From the NCBI GenBank assembly GCA_964016885.1, contig OZ024742.1, positions 354,144,001 through 354,208,000 of the forward strand: a DNA stretch of 64,000 nt, read 5' to 3'. The notes under the pieces were generated by a model, which had not been told where the DNA came from, made no database searches, and saw nothing but the letters and a program-made list of their open reading frames with translations. The stretch is from Eledone cirrhosa (Eukaryota). Shown piece after piece: positions 57,584-64,000 of this stretch. Both the position numbers and the translations under genes were made by a program. Position 1 is the first letter of the stretch. Every line of letters starts with the position of its first letter.

Positions 57584-60500
57584 CCAACTCGCACCATAGG
57601 AGTAGAATAGCGAAAAGCGATCTTAGTCTTTTAGGACATTTCAACAAAACGCCCTCTGCCATAGTAGCGCCCCATTGTTAATCATCCTCCAAAAGGCCAC
57701 GCCTAAAGCAGACTTCCCGGAAAGTATCACGCAATTCACCGTCAACAGTTCTTATGTCTCGAAAGCTTTGTGGGCCAAAAACCTCATGGAGGATAAGGCG
57801 CAGGTGAAAACACTCATGCTGGTTAGGAGGTACAGTGTACACTCTTCCTAGACAACTGTCAAACCTGACACCAAGATGTCCTTCAACATCCTGACCTGAC
57901 TTCCTACGAACCCATGTGTTTTTTTACCACACGTAGTAGGACGGGACCTGAGCATATAAAAGTGTTTTTGCTAATGTGTCAAGTTGGCAAAGCGTAAAAA
58001 TAAACAGTCAAAGTTGTTTCTTTTGGATTGGCCGCCAAATGAGCAGCGGTCTGTTCAGTAAATTAAGCCCGCTGGCCGTTTTCCAAATTAACCGCTAGTT
58101 GTATGATCGCGGGGTGCCTTTGGTGAAGTGGAAACCCGAATATCCGCCAAAAATCTTCACCACTGCTGATATATCGACTTGCCAAGTACTCCGAGACCTC
58201 GTCGATGCTATTGTCTCTTTGAAGGCCGAACATGGCAGCGTCGGAACCCTTGTTAACATATTTACATATGTACTTTATCGACTTCACTGAATGACAGAAC
58301 TCCACATTTATATGAGCGTCGACATCTTCATCAGAAATGGACAGTACGGGACCACCCACCTATTATCAACTTGAAGACCCCGTAACGTCATAGTGAATCC
58401 ACCGTTCTGAGGCTGCCTTCGTCTGTACAGTGGGTATCCGTCGCCGCCGGTCTGGGTCTCCTCAACAAACCTCTTTGGGTATCGTTTAGTGCACACATGG
58501 TCCTTGTGGCATGAAGAGAACTCTTGAAAACCGGGACCGCACAAACCGTGCACCATGTGTGCCGTCACAATGTCGTCAGCTGCCGGTGAACAACGGGGTC
58601 CGGTATTTCCGCTGCGATGACCAACCAAACCAAATGTGCGCGTCTGGCAACCATCTTTTCTGCCACTCAACTGTATACATGCGGCACCTAACAGGCCCGA
58701 AAACCTTCCCTTTTTTATTAGATTAATTAGCTTAGCCAGCTTCTGCCTGTAAACCCTGTCAATAATATCATGCCGATGGAAGTACTGCTGCCCTGGGATA
58801 TGTTCCCGCGTAATCTCAACCCACTTGTGTAAACGTGATGAATAAATCGGGGCGCCTATAATGTGTTCGCTCGTGCATTTACCCCCCCCCCCCGTATAGT
58901 TTGAGGGGAGAATGCATATTTTGCCGATGTTCCGGGGGTCAGTGTCATTCCTGATGCCGTCACGCAAATGGATGTAGGAGTCTGAGCGCAGCTGCTTCTG
59001 ATTCAATCTTATGAAGCACAGTCTCTCCGACTCCATCTCTGCAGCCCTGTCAGCTGCAAACTGGTGAAACAGTTCCCGTGACCTCTGCAGGGTGCTGAAA
59101 TCGTTAGGCCTCGTCATGAAGCGGTATGAGTATAAAGCCATGCATGAAACAGGTTTAGACGTCGCAGCAGTGGGCTCGTTTGGTTTGCGCTGAGGAATGC
59201 CGAAATGGCACCCCTCTTCTCCGTATGCAATAAGAAGGGGATACTGCAGGGCGTCGCATGTACGATGCGTCTCATTAATACGTCGAAGACCACTGTCACG
59301 ACTTTGAAGAACTACGTCTAGCATATTGTGCTGTTAACCATGGATAACTACGACCACTTCATTGCACGAAGGAGTGTTATAACGGCGTGCGTGCTCCCCA
59401 TAAGGCCTTTTGTCAGCATCGATGACAATGGTGAAGTTTGGTGAAGGATTTGTTTCCAATGCGTATTTGAAACTGCGAATATAACTGTTGTGCTCATGAA
59501 GCATGTTTTGTAGACCGAGCAGCACGTCCCTTTCAAAAGTGTCAGCGTCAGTGTTTGCAGGTCTCGGAATAACGCTGAACCGCGCATCAACTACCTACTG
59601 TAGTTAGAATATGAAGTAAATTTGAAGGAACGAAGGCTTGCAATTTTGTAGTGGCTGGAGCGACACAATAAGATGGTACACCTGCCCCTGGACCTTGAAG
59701 GTAGGCATCCAACCACTTTCTCTGATAACGTTAACCACGAAAGAAGTCATTTGAAACGCACATTTGTACTTCCTGATGAGTTGAAGGAGTTTGGATAACC
59801 TTGAGGTAGAACCAGTAAATAGTTCCTTCAGTCGCTCTGGTGGTTCCCCAAGAGGGGTAAAGCTGACCTTACCGTTTAAGCAGCACATTGCAGGTGGCTC
59901 CCCAGCCTACTTTTTAGCATTGCAGAATTTGCAATTGAAGCGCATTTCCCCTATATTTATGTCGGTACGCATCGAGTAGTTATCGTTGGGCTCATACTTG
60001 AAAGCCCGTAGGTGCCAGTATGGGCTGTCGGGGCTCGTCACACCGCGGGCAGCTTCTTGTCATCGACTGTTGCGCTCCAACGTAGAATGTTTGCTCCTGT
60101 GGGTCGTGGGAAGCTCTCGCAGCACTAGCAGAAGCCACCCTTGCAATCCTAATGGAGCGCCCGTCTGCATTTTTCAGAAGCCATGTAAGCAGTCATAGCC
60201 GCAGCGTTCCTAACAAGGCGATTCGTCCGCCGTTCCAAACCTTCCGAAGCCCTGGAAGCAGCAGTAGCCGCAGCGTTTCTATTCAGTCTAGCCGCCCTTT
60301 GTTCCGGGCCCACTGAAGCCCCAGAAGCAGCAGTAGCAGCAGCGTTTCTATTCAGGCGAGTCGACCTTTGTTCCGGGCCCTCTGAAGCCCTGGATGTAGC
60401 AGTAGAAGCGTTTTTTTTTTGCCCGCTCCGAAACGCACATCGCAGCATGTCTCGGGGCGTTTTATGAAGCCATCTTGGCTAGGCGTGCGGTGCGTTGTTG

Positions 60501-60653
60501 AACATTTTCAGCAGCTCTGCATTCCGCTGAACGTAAGGCGCTCTGTGAAAGTCTTAAAGCAGTTTCATTGGGGGGCTCGTTTGCTGTAATCACCCTCTAC
60601 GCCGCCGCTGAGGGTGTATGGCGACCGAGGCGACTTCTCTTTTTAGGTGGCAT
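57583..60653 (-). pseudogene. Helitron Rep (HUH) region and Ala/Arg-rich N-terminus, multiply frameshifted
   Basis: MPPKKRSRLGR start; RASEGPEQR..RLNRNAAA repeats; CCLNGKV, AFQMTSF, LQYPLL, HMVHG.C, YPLYRRR, NRWVVPY, HINVE.C.SVKSIKY..KY..KG.D. Confidence 0.9.
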
Positions 60654-61633
60654 TTTATGTGAAAAAGAATGGGTGAAAGTTATTTCTACAGCAAAATTGC
60701 CTTTGAAAGTATAAAGCTGAAAACTGTCTGCGTTCTGCAGGGGAAAAATGGGAGAACGAACGGCAAATAAATAACTGACAGTGTGTTGAAAGCGCGTTTC
60801 TGTTAGCAATTTGAAGTTGTTTGACCAAAACTCCCTATTTGTTTTTTTGTTTCACTCAATACACGTGTAGATATGTTATACGCAAAATGTAATTGTGTGT
60901 GAGCATGTATTTTTTTCTTTCGATTTTTATGTTGAGTAGAGAGAGGAAATCATTTCAGTAATTGTGGGTGATTTTAAATAAATAAATAGTCATTGACTTA
61001 AGTTAGGCCATTTACAACATTCTTACAGAGGCAAATAAAAAAACTCACAGTTTGTTTAAAGCGCGCTTCTGTCAGCAATGCTAAGTTGTTTGGCCAAAAA
61101 TCCTCATGTGTTTTTTTTTTCACTCAATAAACGTGTAAATATGCAGCAATGTGAAGTTGTTTGGCCAAAAATCCCTATGTGGTTTTTTTTTTCACTCAAT
61201 AAACGTGTAAATTTGTTATACACAACATGTAATTGTGTGAAATTATTAAGGAGTGGGTTTATAAACATATATAAGAGATGTAAGCGTCATGTATTTAACG
61301 TTTGTAACTATCTCTGTCTCTCTGGCTACTTCCTTTAATTGTTCTCTCTCTCTGAAGGGAATTATTAAGGAATGGATTTATAAGCGTATATAAGAGTAGA
61401 TTGCAGTATGTATGGAAGTTAGTTAGAGTTACTCAGATTGTATTAGAGGGGTAAAGCGTCATGTATTTAGTGTTATCGATTATTTCCGTAATTGTGGGTG
61501 AGGTTGAGAGAAATAAATAGTCGTTGGCCTAGGTTGGACCATTTACAACCTTCTTTACAGACGTTGAGTCGAATCGGTTTGAAATTGTGCAAAGGTATAA
61601 CATGGAACATGTGCACACACACACACAACATAT

Positions 61634-61683
<50 letters not shown>

Positions 61684-61685
61684 AC

Positions 61686-61718
<33 letters not shown>

Positions 61719-61735
61719 TATATGTATACATATAT

Positions 61736-61776
<41 letters not shown>

Positions 61777-61777
61777 C

Positions 61778-61928
<151 letters not shown>

Positions 61929-61935
61929 TACATGT

Positions 61936-61973
<38 letters not shown>

Positions 61974-62012
61974 AAAATTAAGATATATCAGAGTGAATTT
62001 AATCTAAACCAG

Positions 62013-62044
<32 letters not shown>

Positions 62045-62046
<2 letters not shown>

Positions 62047-62229
62047 CGAAAGGAAATGTGGTATGGAACCAGGTGGACCATAACGCACCAATGTGCTCAA
62101 TACTTAGGGTAGTAGAGTGGGTAATAGGAACGAGTAGGACCCCGACGGCTGAGCTCAAGCCGTTTCGACGGCTAATTTTGGAATTAGCCGTCGAAACGGC
62201 TTGAGCCCAGCCGTCGGGTTCTACTCGTT

Positions 62230-62234
<5 letters not shown>
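62045..62234. repeat. Family G repeat folded back at hammerhead stem II
   Basis: Palindrome ~62123-62234 centred on gacggctaatt-ttgg-aattagccgtc, followed by GAAA cggc...gccg TC. Confidence 0.8.
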
Positions 62235-62317
<83 letters not shown>

Positions 62318-62394
62318 TACATAACATATATACATATATATATATATATCCATATATATATATATATATATATACACCTATTTATACATATAAT

Positions 62395-62485
<91 letters not shown>

Positions 62486-62510
62486 TGGAATAAACAACAT
62501 AAGGTAATTA

Positions 62511-62571
62511 TTTCATTTACCAATGGTTTCTTGAAAGCAAACAAATTTTGCTTTCAATCATCAGAATGAAA
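62511..62571 (-). ncRNA. Type I hammerhead ribozyme with 11-bp stem II
   Basis: tttcatt CTGATGA ttgaaagcaaa-atttg-tttgctttcaa GAAA ccattgg TA aatgaaa; partial relative at 28757-28800. Confidence 0.88.
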
Positions 62572-62899
62572 AATTCCTGGTGTATTTCTTTACGTTGGAT
62601 TTTAAGAACAAAAATATAATCTATATGAAATTGAGGCTGGAAAAAGGAGAAGGAAAGGAAAAATAAACACACATGCACACACACACATATACATACACAC
62701 ACGCATATACATAGACACATACATATACATATATATATATATATACATATATATATGTATATATATATACATATATATACAGACATACACACATACATAC
62801 ACGTACAAATACACATCCATATACATACATACACACATATATATCCACGTAACCATACATACACATACGCACAAATACACAAACACACACACGTGTGTG

Positions 62900-62949
<50 letters not shown>

Positions 62950-63085
62950 TAAATATATATATATATAAATAAATACATACACACATATATATATACATAT
63001 ACACATACAATTACATACACATATACATATACATGCATACATATATATATATATACATAGTTATATATATATATATAGAGAGAGA

Positions 63086-63375
63086 GAATTCACAAGAATC
63101 AAAGCTATGTTCAAAGCATTTATTCACTCTTTATTGTTTCATCCAAACCTAGGCTTGGAGTTCCGTACACACCAACCTCGGTTTGGATGAAACAATTGTA
63201 AGTAAATAAATGCTTTTAACATAGCTTTGATTATTGTGAATTATATATAACTGCTCTGTAGAACAACTGATGTTATTACATTGAGCTATTTATCTTACTG
63301 GTAATAAGGTAGTAATAAATTACTGACCTTCACTGTTTAGGGTTTAAATGTACATAACGATAACAAGTTTTAGTA
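63086..63375. repeat. Family J fragment with fold-back
   Basis: 63086-63158 is inverted relative to 63172-63243. Confidence 0.8.
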
Positions 63376-63387
63376 TATATATATATA

Positions 63388-63800
63388 TTTGCAACTGTGT
63401 CCAACCAGTAATGTGTCCGTTGAACAATCAGTGTCTTGAACGCAACATCGTATACAAATGTACTATCGAATCGGTTAGACAGAAGTGGTACTATGTGGGA
63501 TCTACAGCCACCTCCTTCAAATCACGCCTTTATAGACATCGTTACTCGATAAAACATGAAAACCAGCGTTATGTAACAACACTCGCAGACAAGGCTTGGC
63601 AGCTGCGTGAAAATAACCAACAATTTCACCTTAAATGGGATATAATAGCATAAACCCACGGACAGGAATTTTGTAAATTATGTAATGTAGAATTATTTTG
63701 TATCATGAAATCAAAAAACATTTTATTAAATAACAGAATAGAGCGATCGTTATACTGTAACCATCGCTTAAAATCTACATTTTCATATTATAAACACCAC
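63388..63800 (+). pseudogene. PLE GIY-YIG endonuclease 3' fragment
   Basis: CNC...CPLNNQC...IVYKC...YVGSTATSFKSR...WDII*...CKLC...CNHR. Confidence 0.85.
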
Positions 63801-64000
63801 CAGGATTGAACGCCCGTCTCTATCACCGATTGGTTGTCAAAATAGATATTAACATTCTCTATTAGTCTTAATTCTATCAACTCTTCTATTATTTACCATT
63901 TAATATAAACTGCTATAGATAAAATGAGATTTCTGATTTCTTAATTCAATTCCCTAATGCACATACCAGCTGGCTACTAGCATTGATGTTATTCAGTAGC

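Larger units (their letters stand above)
55113..61630 (-). mobile_element. Decayed autonomous-type Helitron
   Basis: Minus-strand 3' end cccgagcaacgccggg hairpin ...CTAG|T at 55113; Rep and PIF1 remnants; 5' end lost in (TA)n. Confidence 0.93.

Overview
AT-rich, microsatellite-laden eukaryotic repeat region. The SINE, RTE and Penelope complement looks mollusc/cephalopod-like, which is an inference. I cannot support any host gene. The window is a nest of mobile elements sitting mostly in (TA)n tracts: several Penelope-like elements (PLEs; one near full-length, others 5'-truncated with inverted pseudo-LTRs), an apparently intact two-ORF CR1-type LINE, a 5'-truncated RTE LINE plus fragments, a decayed Helitron and several tRNA-derived SINEs with TSDs. 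Reading by eye shows about 25 complete or partial type I hammerhead ribozyme (HHR) motifs from about 13 sequence families. These include a non-coding 483-bp tandem array with one HHR per unit (retrozyme/circRNA-like) and a pair of related HHRs with covarying stems. Fold-back inversions repeatedly break inside or beside the HHR. The LINE has a Myb-like + polyQ + 2x CCCH ORF1 and a correctly phased U_UUU_UUA -1 slippery site leading into an ORF2 with no AUG at its start. Most long ORFs in the track are microsatellite artefacts. All structures were read by eye; none was computed.
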